NCBI GenBank assembly: GCA_038065495.1
Contig: JBBTQW010000002.1
Span: forward strand, 1,537 to 65,536
DNA length: 64,000 nt
Direction of reading: 5' to 3'
Source: Patescibacteria group bacterium
Lineage (GTDB): Bacteria; Patescibacteriota; Minisyncoccia; Phycocordibacterales; JACOZG01
Numbering within the stretch: the stretch's first letter is position 1; every line of letters begins with the position of its first letter. Under the pieces are notes generated by a model. It was given only the letters and a program-made list of their open reading frames with translations, had not been told where the DNA came from and made no database searches. Shown one piece after another: positions 39,172 to 47,892 of the stretch. The translations under genes were made by a program, and so were the position numbers.

Positions 39172-39663
39172 ATGACTCTAATTATTATTGTTGCTTTTGT
39201 TCTGTTTGCCTTACTGTTTTTCTTCAAAATTTATGAAGAAAGATTGGGAGAAAGTCTGACTTCTCGTTACAAATATAAACGCAAAGATTTTTTCTTGTCC
39301 CGCGCTGAGCATCACTTTTACGACGCCTTGGTTTCGGCTGTTGGCAATCAATATTATATTTTCGCGCAAGTTCATCTTCCGACGATTTTAGAACACAAAT
39401 TGAAAGGCCAAAATTGGCAGGGAGCGCTTGCTCATGTTAACCGCAAATCGGTGGATTTTGTGCTTTGCGACAAAGCCTATATTTCGCCCAAGCTGGCGAT
39501 CGAGCTTGATGATAGAAGTCATGAGCGGCTAGACAGACAAGAGCGCGACAATCGCGTCGAGCAAATTTTACGCGAAGCTGGTTTACCTCTTTTGCGTGTA
39601 GAAAATCGTGGCGATTTTAATTCTCAAACTCTGGCAGAAAGAATCAAGCAAGTCATTGGCTAG
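39172..39663 (+). CDS. DUF2726-like (PD-(D/E)xK-fold) protein with N-terminal TM helix
   Basis: SVDFVLCDKAYISPKLAIELDDRSHE...REAGLPLLRV resembles the DUF2726 core. Confidence 0.5.
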   Translation: MTLIIIVAFVLFALLFFFKIYEERLGESLTSRYKYKRKDFFLSRAEHHFYDALVSAVGNQYYIFAQVHLPTILEHKLKGQNWQGALAHVNRKSVDFVLCDKAYISPKLAIELDDRSHERLDRQERDNRVEQILREAGLPLLRVENRGDFNSQTLAERIKQVIG

Positions 39664-39666
39664 TGC

Positions 39667-39695
39667 TTGACTTATAACTCCGCCTGTGCTAGACT
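39667..39695 (+). promoter_or_regulatory. candidate promoter TTGACT-N17-TAGACT
   Basis: Read directly from the sequence, upstream of the small membrane-protein genes. Confidence 0.35.
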
Positions 39696-39781
39696 TAGAT
39701 CAGTCAGGCTGTGAGCCTGGGGATAAACAAGGTTTAGAGCCGCTTGGCTCTTTGAAATGAAAAAAGAAAAGGAGAATTGGA

Positions 39782-40108
39782 ATGGCTCAGAGAAAACTGG
39801 CGTGGAGAATCCACCGTTTGCCGAATGAAGATGAGTTGGAGAAGAATCAGCAACGGGCTCACGCTGGCGCAGTGCTTGCGATCATCTCTCTGGTGCTCAC
39901 GGGGGCGCCGCTGTGCTGGCTTATCCCTCAAGCGCGGCTAGCCTGGCTCTTGTGGGGTATCACGCGAGAGGCGAATCAGCGCGAGTTGTTTTTCTTCTGT
40001 CTCTGGATGATCTTCAGTGTCGGCGCTCTTCTTGTGGCGGCCATCTGGTCGTTTTTCAAGAACTGGCTTCTGTCGATCAGGGTCGATAACGAACTCTTCC
40101 ATCAGTAA
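39782..40108 (+). CDS. small membrane protein
   Basis: RBS AAAGGAGA. Two or three predicted TM helices. Confidence 0.4.
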   Translation: MAQRKLAWRIHRLPNEDELEKNQQRAHAGAVLAIISLVLTGAPLCWLIPQARLAWLLWGITREANQRELFFFCLWMIFSVGALLVAAIWSFFKNWLLSIRVDNELFHQ

Positions 40109-40125
40109 CCACTAAGGAGGAACTT

Positions 40126-40443
40126 ATGTTTCGCAAAATTCTGATGTTCGTGTACTTGTGGCTCAAGTTCAGCACGGGCTTGATCCCAATCACGCTCTTC
40201 ATTGTCTCGTTTCCCACGCTCAAGTTTGGGAACAGTCAGTGGTTGGGCATGACCATTGCGATCCAAGCTCTGCTGATGTTCGTTGTTCTAACCATCGCTG
40301 GTGTACAAGTTTGGGATGACAAGACGCTAAACAAACTGCGCGGCCAAGCGAAGTCTTTTAATCTCTTCGCTATCTTCGCCAATCTCCCACGTTGGACATT
40401 CTTGCTCTGGCGAGAGGTTCGCCCGTCGCGGCAGAGAGAGTAA
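40126..40443 (+). CDS. small membrane protein
   Basis: RBS AAGGAGG. Predicted TM helices. Confidence 0.4.
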   Translation: MFRKILMFVYLWLKFSTGLIPITLFIVSFPTLKFGNSQWLGMTIAIQALLMFVVLTIAGVQVWDDKTLNKLRGQAKSFNLFAIFANLPRWTFLLWREVRPSRQRE

Positions 40444-40522
40444 GAGATTTTCCCGGTTCTTGTTTCCATTCAAGCTCGGGCACTTAACTGTGCTCGGGCT
40501 TTTTTCTTTGTTTTAAAATAAA

Positions 40523-41626
40523 GTGAGTGGTATAATTTTCCACATGTCTGTAATTGCTCTGGTCCATATTGGTAGCGCTAGCGTGAGTGGCGGTTTATTG
40601 AGCGATAAAAAATTAATTTTTGCCACAGAACATGAGTGCCGCTTTACGGAGAAGTTAGATTCTAAAATGTTTCTTGGTGATGTGGCGGATGCTCTAAAAT
40701 TGGTGATGCAAGATTTGCTGAATGCTAAGTTTGGCTCGCCGAGCAAGGTGATCGTTTTCTTATCCGCGCCGTTTGTGGCCGGGCAATTGCAAACACTCAA
40801 GCAAGAGAATCAGAATAAGTTTAAAGTGACAGAAAGCTTGATCTGGGATTTGGTCTCGCGCGAAACTAATAAATACAAAACTGATAAACAGCACACAGTG
40901 ATAGACAGCAAAATCATGCGGTTTTATCTCAACGGTTACGAGATCGCCGAACCGCACGGTCAGCAAGCGCAGAGTTTGGAAGTGGCACATTACTTGAGCA
41001 TCAGCGCCAGTGAGGTAATTGCGAAGTTTAAAAATGTGATTAAATCCGCTTGTCATCATGAGCAGATTGAGTGGCACTCGGCCAGCTTTGCTAATTATCT
41101 GCTGGTGCGAGACTGGCGGCCAAAGGACGAAGGTTTCTTGCTCTTAGATATTGGCGGCGAACTGACAGAATTATCACTCGTTTGGCAGGGGATAATTCGC
41201 GAATCGTTCTCGTTCCCACTTGGTGGCCACGCGGCGCTGCGGCAAGCCGTGGCTAGTGGCGAATCACGTTCTTCCGGGCGGTCAGCGCTAGAACTTAAAC
41301 ACGAGAAAAGCACTAAAATTTTAGAGAAAAAAGTAGATAAAACAGAACAAGAATGGGTAAATAATTTTAAGACTGGTTTAGAGCAAGTTTTACACAACAA
41401 GTTTTGGTCGGGCGAGATTATTTTGCTGACGGAGGATCCAGCTTGGCAGAATTTGTTTGGCACTTGGCTGGAGCATGCCGAACTGGGCAAAATTATTTTC
41501 AACACTGGCAAAATCTCAGTTATTCCGTTAACTTCTGACTTGTTAAATAAATTGGTGAAAGTAGAATCTGGTGTCAAAGCGTCAGTAAATTTGCTCGTGA
41601 GTAGTCTGTTTGTGTTAAAAATTTAG
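40523..41626 (+). CDS. actin-like ATPase family protein (PilM/FtsA-like)
   Basis: N-terminal VIALVHIGSASVSGGL and a second phosphate motif LLLDIGGELTELSL...PLGGHAAL, both typical of the actin/Hsp70 fold. The true start is probably the internal Met at 40544. Confidence 0.45.
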   Translation: MSGIIFHMSVIALVHIGSASVSGGLLSDKKLIFATEHECRFTEKLDSKMFLGDVADALKLVMQDLLNAKFGSPSKVIVFLSAPFVAGQLQTLKQENQNKFKVTESLIWDLVSRETNKYKTDKQHTVIDSKIMRFYLNGYEIAEPHGQQAQSLEVAHYLSISASEVIAKFKNVIKSACHHEQIEWHSASFANYLLVRDWRPKDEGFLLLDIGGELTELSLVWQGIIRESFSFPLGGHAALRQAVASGESRSSGRSALELKHEKSTKILEKKVDKTEQEWVNNFKTGLEQVLHNKFWSGEIILLTEDPAWQNLFGTWLEHAELGKIIFNTGKISVIPLTSDLLNKLVKVESGVKASVNLLVSSLFVLKI

Positions 41627-41654
41627 AAACTGTGTTAAAATAAAGTAAATCAAA

Positions 41655-42992
41655 ATGTCTGCTGTATCAATGCAAGAAATCAAAACTAAGAAACGCAGTT
41701 TGCGGGAAGTTCTGCCGCCGAAAAATATTTCTAGCCGGCCAGCTATTTCTGAAAGTGTGAACGATTTGCCAGCAGATGACGATTTACCGCCAATCAAGAT
41801 CAAGCATTACAATTCCGGTTCTGGCCGTTCTGGCGGAGGGAAAAAGCGCTGGCTGTGGTTTGGCGGTTTGATTATTGTGATTTTAGTGATTGGCTTTTTC
41901 ATCTCGCAAGCTTGGGCGCGCGTGACGGTGGAAGTTGTACCGTTTAGCATTGATTTAACTCTTGATGAAACCGTTGAGGCTTCGCGAGCTGGCGGCGAAC
42001 TGACTTTTAGCACCATCACTCTGCCGGCGAAAACTGGCGGTAAACTGGTGAAGGCGACCGGGACCGAAAAAGTCTCGCGTCAGGCGAGTGGTCAGATCGT
42101 GATCTACAATAATTACGACAAAAATGTCCAGAAACTAGTGGCTAATACTAGATTTGAAACTAAAGAGGGTAAGATTTACAAGATCCACGAGCCGGTGAGC
42201 GTGCCGGGGATGAAGACGGTGAGCGGTAAGGCCGTGCCGGGGACGGTGGAAGTGACGGTTTATGCCGATAAACCCGGCCCGGCTGGCAATGGTCCAGCCA
42301 CGGACTTTACCATTCCTGGCTTCAAAGGCGATCCAAGATTCACCAAGTTCTTTGCTAGGTCGAAAACACCACTAGCCGGTGGTGTGGTGGGGGAAGTACC
42401 AAAGCTCTCGGCCGAAGAAGAAACTCGGGCGCGCGTGGCTCTGCGGGCGGATTTGACTAAGGAATTATTAAAAGAAGCACGGTTTAAAATTCCAGAAACT
42501 CAAGTCTTGTTTGACGGTACCACTTTGGTCGACTTCCAAGACGCCACGGACTGGCAAGCGGCCACGGCTGAGAGTGTGTTGATTAAAGAAAGCGCGATAC
42601 TGAACGGCATAATGCTACCAAGACAAGCGTTCTCGAATAAATTAATTGATACGAAAGTTTCTAACTTTTCGCCAGCCGAATTGCAGATTGCGGATCTGGA
42701 AAGCTTGCCGGTGTCACTAGATTTGCTGAAATTAGGCAACTTGAGTGAGGCAAAAGAAATTACGTTAAGCGTGAAGGGTTCAGCTAGATTAATTGCGGTG
42801 ATTAACAACACTGATATTGCGGCGAAACTGGCCGGTGCCAAGCAAGATGAGATCGACGGCGTGTTAGCGCAGATCAAGAGCATCGCCAAGGCCAAAGTGA
42901 GCTTCCGGCCGCCGTGGGTAGGCCAGGTCCCGGCCGATCCGGAGGCGATTACTATTAAGCTTGACGAGAATAATGATAGTCTGCTACACTAG
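41655..42992 (+). CDS. single-pass membrane protein, unknown function
   Basis: Cytoplasmic N-terminus, TM helix WLWFGGLIIVILVIGFFI, and a large extracytoplasmic domain. May partner with the upstream PilM-like protein. Confidence 0.35.
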   Translation: MSAVSMQEIKTKKRSLREVLPPKNISSRPAISESVNDLPADDDLPPIKIKHYNSGSGRSGGGKKRWLWFGGLIIVILVIGFFISQAWARVTVEVVPFSIDLTLDETVEASRAGGELTFSTITLPAKTGGKLVKATGTEKVSRQASGQIVIYNNYDKNVQKLVANTRFETKEGKIYKIHEPVSVPGMKTVSGKAVPGTVEVTVYADKPGPAGNGPATDFTIPGFKGDPRFTKFFARSKTPLAGGVVGEVPKLSAEEETRARVALRADLTKELLKEARFKIPETQVLFDGTTLVDFQDATDWQAATAESVLIKESAILNGIMLPRQAFSNKLIDTKVSNFSPAELQIADLESLPVSLDLLKLGNLSEAKEITLSVKGSARLIAVINNTDIAAKLAGAKQDEIDGVLAQIKSIAKAKVSFRPPWVGQVPADPEAITIKLDENNDSLLH

Positions 42993-43009
42993 TTCCGCTC
43001 TCCCAAAAA

Positions 43010-43216
43010 ATGGAAAATAAAGAAGTTGTCCCCGGCTTGGTGGTTAAGGCCCTACCCAATGCTCTCTTTGAGCTTGAGTTGGCTCCAGATAAGCATATCT
43101 TGGCTTATCTGGCCGGTAAGATGAGGATCAACCGAATTAGAGTCTTGGTGGGCGACCGGGTAGAAGTGTTATTAGATAGTTATGGCGGCAAAGGCCGGAT
43201 CGTCCGGCGGTTATAG
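43010..43216 (+). CDS. infA: translation initiation factor IF-1
   Basis: S1-like domain: GLVVKALPNALFELELAPDKHILAYLAGKMRINRIRVLVGDRVEV. Confidence 0.9.
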   Translation: MENKEVVPGLVVKALPNALFELELAPDKHILAYLAGKMRINRIRVLVGDRVEVLLDSYGGKGRIVRRL

Positions 43217-43250
43217 TAATTTAGTCAAATAAGTTTATTTATAAAAATTA

Positions 43251-43364
43251 ATGAAAGTTAGAGCCTCAATCAGAAAGCGTTGTGCTGATTGCAAAATGGT
43301 CCGACGTCGTGGCCATCTTTTCATTATCTGCAACACTAAGCCGAGTCACAAGCAGAAGCAATAA
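43251..43364 (+). CDS. rpmJ: 50S ribosomal protein L36
   Basis: Translated by hand: [37 protein letters not shown]. It is below the 60-aa ORF-track cutoff. Confidence 0.85.
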   Translation: MKVRASIRKRCADCKMVRRRGHLFIICNTKPSHKQKQ

Positions 43365-43386
43365 AATTTAAATTTTTAATAAAAAC

Positions 43387-43767
43387 ATGCGTATTGCTGG
43401 TATTACTATTCCTGACGAAAAGCGAATCGAAGTGGCGCTGACCACGGTCTATGGCGTGGGTGTGAGTCGCTCGCGCGCTATCTTAGACGAAGCCAAAATT
43501 AGTTACGACGAACGGGCGAAAAATCTCACTGCGGAACAGGAGAACACAATCAGACGTTTAATAGAAAGTTACAAGACAGAGGGTGCGCTTAAACGCGAGA
43601 CGGCTGGAAATATCAAGCGCTTAATTGATATTAAGAGTTATCGCGGCATGAGACATGCTAAGAAACTGCCAAGTCGCGGGCAGAGAACCAAGACTAACTC
43701 GCGTACGCGCCGCGGCAACGTGCGCAAGACTATGGGTTCTGGTCGCAAGAAGGTCGAGAAGAAATAA
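43387..43767 (+). CDS. rpsM: 30S ribosomal protein S13
   Basis: MRIAGITIPDEKRIEVALTTVYGVG. Confidence 0.95.
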   Translation: MRIAGITIPDEKRIEVALTTVYGVGVSRSRAILDEAKISYDERAKNLTAEQENTIRRLIESYKTEGALKRETAGNIKRLIDIKSYRGMRHAKKLPSRGQRTKTNSRTRRGNVRKTMGSGRKKVEKK

Positions 43768-43773
43768 AATAAT

Positions 43774-44205
43774 ATGGGAAAAAAGCGCATTATTACAGAA
43801 TCCGGTCAAGATAACGCCACCAGCACGGCGGCTAAGTCGGCCACTTCTAGCAAGAAGAAGCTGGTCAATGGCGTGGTACACATTGAGGCCACTTACAATA
43901 ATACTAAATTATTGCTGACCGATCCGGCTGGCAATGCCATGCTCTGGAGCTCCAGCGGTTCGCTCGGCTTTAAGGGCGCCAAGAAAGGCACACCGTTTGC
44001 GGCGGGGAAAGTAGCCGAACTCTTGGCTGATAAGGCGCAACCCTTGGGATTAAAAGAGATTGACGTGGTGCTAAGAGGCGTGGGCGCTGGCCGTGAGGCC
44101 GCCGTCCGAGCGCTCTCTGGCAAGGGTTTGGTTATTAACAAGCTTACAGATCGCACACCAGTGCCGTTTAATGGCCCCAAAGCGCGCAAGCCAAGACGAG
44201 TATAA
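43774..44205 (+). CDS. rpsK: 30S ribosomal protein S11
   Basis: GVVHIEATYNNTKLLLTDPAGNA. Confidence 0.95.
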   Translation: MGKKRIITESGQDNATSTAAKSATSSKKKLVNGVVHIEATYNNTKLLLTDPAGNAMLWSSSGSLGFKGAKKGTPFAAGKVAELLADKAQPLGLKEIDVVLRGVGAGREAAVRALSGKGLVINKLTDRTPVPFNGPKARKPRRV

Positions 44206-44222
44206 TTTTTTAAATAATTATT

Positions 44223-44876
44223 ATGATTATTGGACCAAAATATAAAATTTGCCGGCGACTCGGGAGTCGCGTCTTTGGCAAATGCGAAACAACTAAATTT
44301 AGCATCTCCGGCTCGGGCCAGATGCAAAAGAAACCGGGTGGTCGTCGGCCCAAGCAGTTATCAGAATACGGCCAGCAATTATTGGAGAAACAAAAAGCAC
44401 GCTATACTTATCTCTTGAAGGAGCGACAATTTGCGACTTATGTTAAACGTGTCCGCGATCATCGCTTGGACGCTAGCGCGGGCGAGACGCCAAATGCTGT
44501 TCTCTATAAAGCGCTGGAGAGCAGACTAGATAACGTGGTGTTCCGTCTCGGCTTGGCGCCCAGCCGCGCCGCCGCTCGGCAGATGGTGACTCACGGCCAC
44601 ATTGTCGTTAACGGTCGGCGCTTGAATGTGCCGTCGCATCAGCTCAAGACCAGCGACGTGGTGGCGATCCGGCCACAGAGTTTGCGCTTAGGCATTGCCA
44701 AACTGACGGAAAATAATGCCGCCACAGAGAATGCGCAGAAGGGTCGCAGTGTGCCAGCGTGGTTGAGCTATAACGAGGAGAAGCGCGAGGGCAAGCTGGT
44801 GGCCGCTCCACTGTATGGCGAGATGGCCAGCGACTTGAACTTTGGTGCCATTTTGGAGTTCTACAGTCGAGTGTAA
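44223..44876 (+). CDS. rpsD: 30S ribosomal protein S4
   Basis: S4 domain RLDNVVFRLGLAPSRAAARQMVTHGHIVVNGRR. Confidence 0.9.
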   Translation: MIIGPKYKICRRLGSRVFGKCETTKFSISGSGQMQKKPGGRRPKQLSEYGQQLLEKQKARYTYLLKERQFATYVKRVRDHRLDASAGETPNAVLYKALESRLDNVVFRLGLAPSRAAARQMVTHGHIVVNGRRLNVPSHQLKTSDVVAIRPQSLRLGIAKLTENNAATENAQKGRSVPAWLSYNEEKREGKLVAAPLYGEMASDLNFGAILEFYSRV

Positions 44877-44926
44877 ATTTGCAAAAAGTTTAGAAATTTT
44901 ATTTTTAATTATTTAATTTAAAAAAC

Positions 44927-45895
44927 ATGATCGACACAAACATTATCTTGCCTTCCAAGCCAAAAGTTATTAGCGAAGATTCTCTCAAGGGCACATATGA
45001 GATTGAGGGTTTGTATCCGGGCTATGGCCACACACTCGGCAATTCGCTCCGACGGATTATTTTGTCGTCACTCGCTGGCACGGCCATCACGGCGGTCAAG
45101 ATTACTGGCGCGGATCACGAATTTTCCACCATTTCGGGCATCAAAGAAGATGCGATTATGATTATTTTGGCGCTCAAGAAGATCAGATTTAATCTCTCTG
45201 GTGATGAACCGGTGAAAGTGCAGCTAAGCGCGAAGGGTGTGGGCGAAGTGAAGGCGGGTGATATCAAGGGCGGCAGTCAGATTGAGATTTTGAACAAAGA
45301 CCTAGTGATTGCTAATCTCACAGACAAGAAAGCGAATCTAGAAATTGAGATGACGGTGGAGAAAGGCTTGGGTTATGTAACAAAAGATCTAATCAGAAGT
45401 GATCGGAATGAAATTGGCACGATCTTCTTAGACGCGGCCTTCACGCCCATCAGACAGGCTAGTTATGAGGTAGAAAACATGCGTGTGGGTGACAAAACTA
45501 ACTACAATCGCTTGAGATTAAATATTGAAACTGATGGTACGCTCACGCCGCACGAGGCTCTGGAGCGCGCTATCTATATTATGATTATGCAGCTCAAGGC
45601 GGTGGTGGGCTTCCAGGAAGCTGAAATGTCTAACGAGAGCGTGTCTGGCGGGTCAGAGTCTGGTAGTACAAATAAGAAAAGCAAAAAAGCTACTGACCCA
45701 GCTAAATTAAAAATCGAGGATCTGGAACTGCCAGCCAGGACGATTAAATTGCTAACAGAAGAAGGGATCAAAACGCTCGGTGGCTTGGCACGCAAGAGTG
45801 AGGAAGATTTGCTGGCGATCGATGGCATGGGCGAGAAGAGCGTGGCCGAAGTTAAAGAAATGCTAGAGGCTAATGATTTAAGTCTCAAAGCTTAA
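44927..45895 (+). CDS. rpoA: DNA-directed RNA polymerase subunit alpha
   Basis: N-terminal dimerisation domain and a C-terminal CTD (HhH), in the standard operon position. Confidence 0.95.
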   Translation: MIDTNIILPSKPKVISEDSLKGTYEIEGLYPGYGHTLGNSLRRIILSSLAGTAITAVKITGADHEFSTISGIKEDAIMIILALKKIRFNLSGDEPVKVQLSAKGVGEVKAGDIKGGSQIEILNKDLVIANLTDKKANLEIEMTVEKGLGYVTKDLIRSDRNEIGTIFLDAAFTPIRQASYEVENMRVGDKTNYNRLRLNIETDGTLTPHEALERAIYIMIMQLKAVVGFQEAEMSNESVSGGSESGSTNKKSKKATDPAKLKIEDLELPARTIKLLTEEGIKTLGGLARKSEEDLLAIDGMGEKSVAEVKEMLEANDLSLKA

Positions 45896-45915
45896 TTTTT
45901 ATTTATTAAACTGAC

Positions 45916-46266
45916 ATGAGGCACCACAATACAAACAGAAAGTTCGGTCGAGAGAAAAATCAACGCTTAGCGCTCTTACGCTCGCTGGCTGAGGGCTTGC
46001 TGGAGAAAGGTCGGATCAGAACGACAGCCGCTAAGGCCAAAGAGTTGCGGCCGTTTGTGGAGAAGCTGATTACCCGCGCGCGAGTAGATAATCTCGCTAA
46101 CCGGCGTTTGCTGATTAAAAAGCTGGGCACGGCTGGCCGGGTCAAGAAGCTGATGGCGAGCGTGGCGCCGAAATATATTGACAGAGCTGGTGGTTATACT
46201 AGGATAGTCAAACTACCGCCACGCAAGAGCGATAGCGCCAAGCAGGCGATGATCGAGCTGGTGTAA
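45916..46266 (+). CDS. rplQ: 50S ribosomal protein L17
   Basis: MRHHNTNRKFGREKNQRLALLRSLA. Confidence 0.9.
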   Translation: MRHHNTNRKFGREKNQRLALLRSLAEGLLEKGRIRTTAAKAKELRPFVEKLITRARVDNLANRRLLIKKLGTAGRVKKLMASVAPKYIDRAGGYTRIVKLPPRKSDSAKQAMIELV

Positions 46267-46276
46267 AATAAATATC

Positions 46277-46648
46277 ATGACTGAAACTGCTAACAATAAC
46301 AACAAAATTTACAAGATAGACGCCACGGGCCGAGTGCTAGGTCGCGTGGCGAGCGAGGTGGCCATGATCTTACGGGGCAAGACTGATCCTAACTTTCTGC
46401 GTCACGTGGCCCCTAATACCCGGGTGGAGATCAGTAATGCCAGCAAGATGAAATTGGCAACACCTAAGCTGAAAGCCAAGACTTATGCGCGTTATACTGG
46501 CTATCCAGGTGGTCTTAAATTGCCAAGCCTGGAGCAAGTTATTGCCAAAAAAGGTTACAGCGAACCGCTAAGATTGGCGATTAAGGGCATGTTGCCACGC
46601 AATAAACTGCGCGCCAAGTTTATGACTAAGCTGACTATCTCTGAATAA
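46277..46648 (+). CDS. rplM: 50S ribosomal protein L13
   Basis: KIYKIDATGRVLGRVASEVAMILRGK. Confidence 0.9.
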   Translation: MTETANNNNKIYKIDATGRVLGRVASEVAMILRGKTDPNFLRHVAPNTRVEISNASKMKLATPKLKAKTYARYTGYPGGLKLPSLEQVIAKKGYSEPLRLAIKGMLPRNKLRAKFMTKLTISE

Positions 46649-46662
46649 ATTATAATTATATT

Positions 46663-47067
46663 ATGACTGTTAAACTAGCAAAATATTATGAGGGTGTGGG
46701 CAAGCGCAAAGAGGCCATTGCGCGGGTGCGTTTGATCGAAGATGGCAAGAGCCACTTTACAGTTAACGATGTGCCGCTCGAGAAAGCTTTCCCTACAGAA
46801 ATTATGCGGCGTTATGCCCAGGTGGTGCTGGAGAAGAACACGAGTGCTGGCAAATTGTCTGTAAGCGCGCGCGTCGCCGGTGGCGGGCGTAACGCCCAAG
46901 CCGAGGCGGTAGCGCTCGGCTTGGCGCGCGCTCTGGTGGTGATGACGCCAGAGCTCCGGACCACGATGCGCCAGGGCAAGCACTTGACGCGAGATGCTAG
47001 AATCAAGGAACGGCGCAAGTTCGGCCTTAAGAAGGCGCGCAAAGCGCCACAGTGGAGCAAGCGCTAG
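46663..47067 (+). CDS. rpsI: 30S ribosomal protein S9
   Basis: GKRKEAIARVRL... with C-terminus KKARKAPQWSKR. Confidence 0.9.
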   Translation: MTVKLAKYYEGVGKRKEAIARVRLIEDGKSHFTVNDVPLEKAFPTEIMRRYAQVVLEKNTSAGKLSVSARVAGGGRNAQAEAVALGLARALVVMTPELRTTMRQGKHLTRDARIKERRKFGLKKARKAPQWSKR

Positions 47068-47108
47068 TTATTTTATAAAATTTATTAAGCTAATTAAACA
47101 TAAAAATT

Positions 47109-47285
47109 ATGGCTCATTTTATTTGCACGGAGTGTCGGGGTCTTGCGGAAGCACCGGGTGTTTGCCAGACACCAGATTGTACCCAGAATGGCGATATGCT
47201 CGAAGAATGTAACTGCGAAGATGGTGAACACACGGATCTTGACCTGAAGAAAAAGGCTGGTGCTGATGACGAAGATCTTGGTTAG
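47109..47285 (+). CDS. small Cys-rich protein (58 aa), putative metal-binding
   Basis: Hand-translated: MAHFICTECRGLAEAPGVCQTPDCTQNGDMLEECNCEDGEHTDLDLKKKAGADDEDLG. It has a C-x2-C-x9-C-x4-C pattern and an acidic tail, and sits between rpsI and grpE. Confidence 0.3.
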   Translation: MAHFICTECRGLAEAPGVCQTPDCTQNGDMLEECNCEDGEHTDLDLKKKAGADDEDLG

Positions 47286-47313
47286 GCTAGATTAAGTTAT
47301 TTTTAGTCAAATA

Positions 47314-47868
47314 ATGGCAGAAGAAAAAGACTTAGAATTTGTGGAAGAAACAGAAGATGGCAGTGAGCTAACTGGCGAGCAGGCGGTCAAGAAATTGCGG
47401 GAAAAGTTGGAGTTATCTCAGTCTGAGAGACAAGAATTTCTCGAAACTAGTCAGAGATTAAGGGCGGATTATGTGAACTTGAAGAGAGAAACTGAAAGCA
47501 GTCAGATTGAGTTAATAAAATTTGCTAATCAGAAATTGTTGTTGGACTTGCTTGGTTTGGCTGATAACTTTGAGCTCGCTTTTGCTAACAAAAACGCTTG
47601 GGAACAAGCACCGCCAGAGTGGCGCCAGGGTGTGGAGCAGATTTATCAGAAACTCAGAGAATTATTTAAGCAGTATCAGCTAGAAGAAATTGCGGCGCTA
47701 AACCAGCCTTTTGATCCCGAGCAACATCAAGCGCTAGCGACACTTGACACAGATAATCCAGAACAAGATAATACCGTCGCGGAGGTGATCCAGAAAGGTT
47801 ATAAACTACACAGTAAGATTATCCGGCCAGCTGGCGTCAAAATTTATCAAGTAAAATTAGCAAAATAA
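47314..47868 (+). CDS. grpE: nucleotide exchange factor GrpE
   Basis: Coiled-coil followed by the GrpE C-terminal domain, upstream of dnaK. Confidence 0.85.
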   Translation: MAEEKDLEFVEETEDGSELTGEQAVKKLREKLELSQSERQEFLETSQRLRADYVNLKRETESSQIELIKFANQKLLLDLLGLADNFELAFANKNAWEQAPPEWRQGVEQIYQKLRELFKQYQLEEIAALNQPFDPEQHQALATLDTDNPEQDNTVAEVIQKGYKLHSKIIRPAGVKIYQVKLAK

Positions 47869-47892
47869 TTTAATAAAAATAACTATAAAATT

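Noticed and set aside
40450-40515. Terminator after the second small membrane protein gene
   Set aside because: The segment contains a direct repeat (gctcgggc twice) rather than a clean inverted repeat before its T-run, so a hairpin is not well supported.
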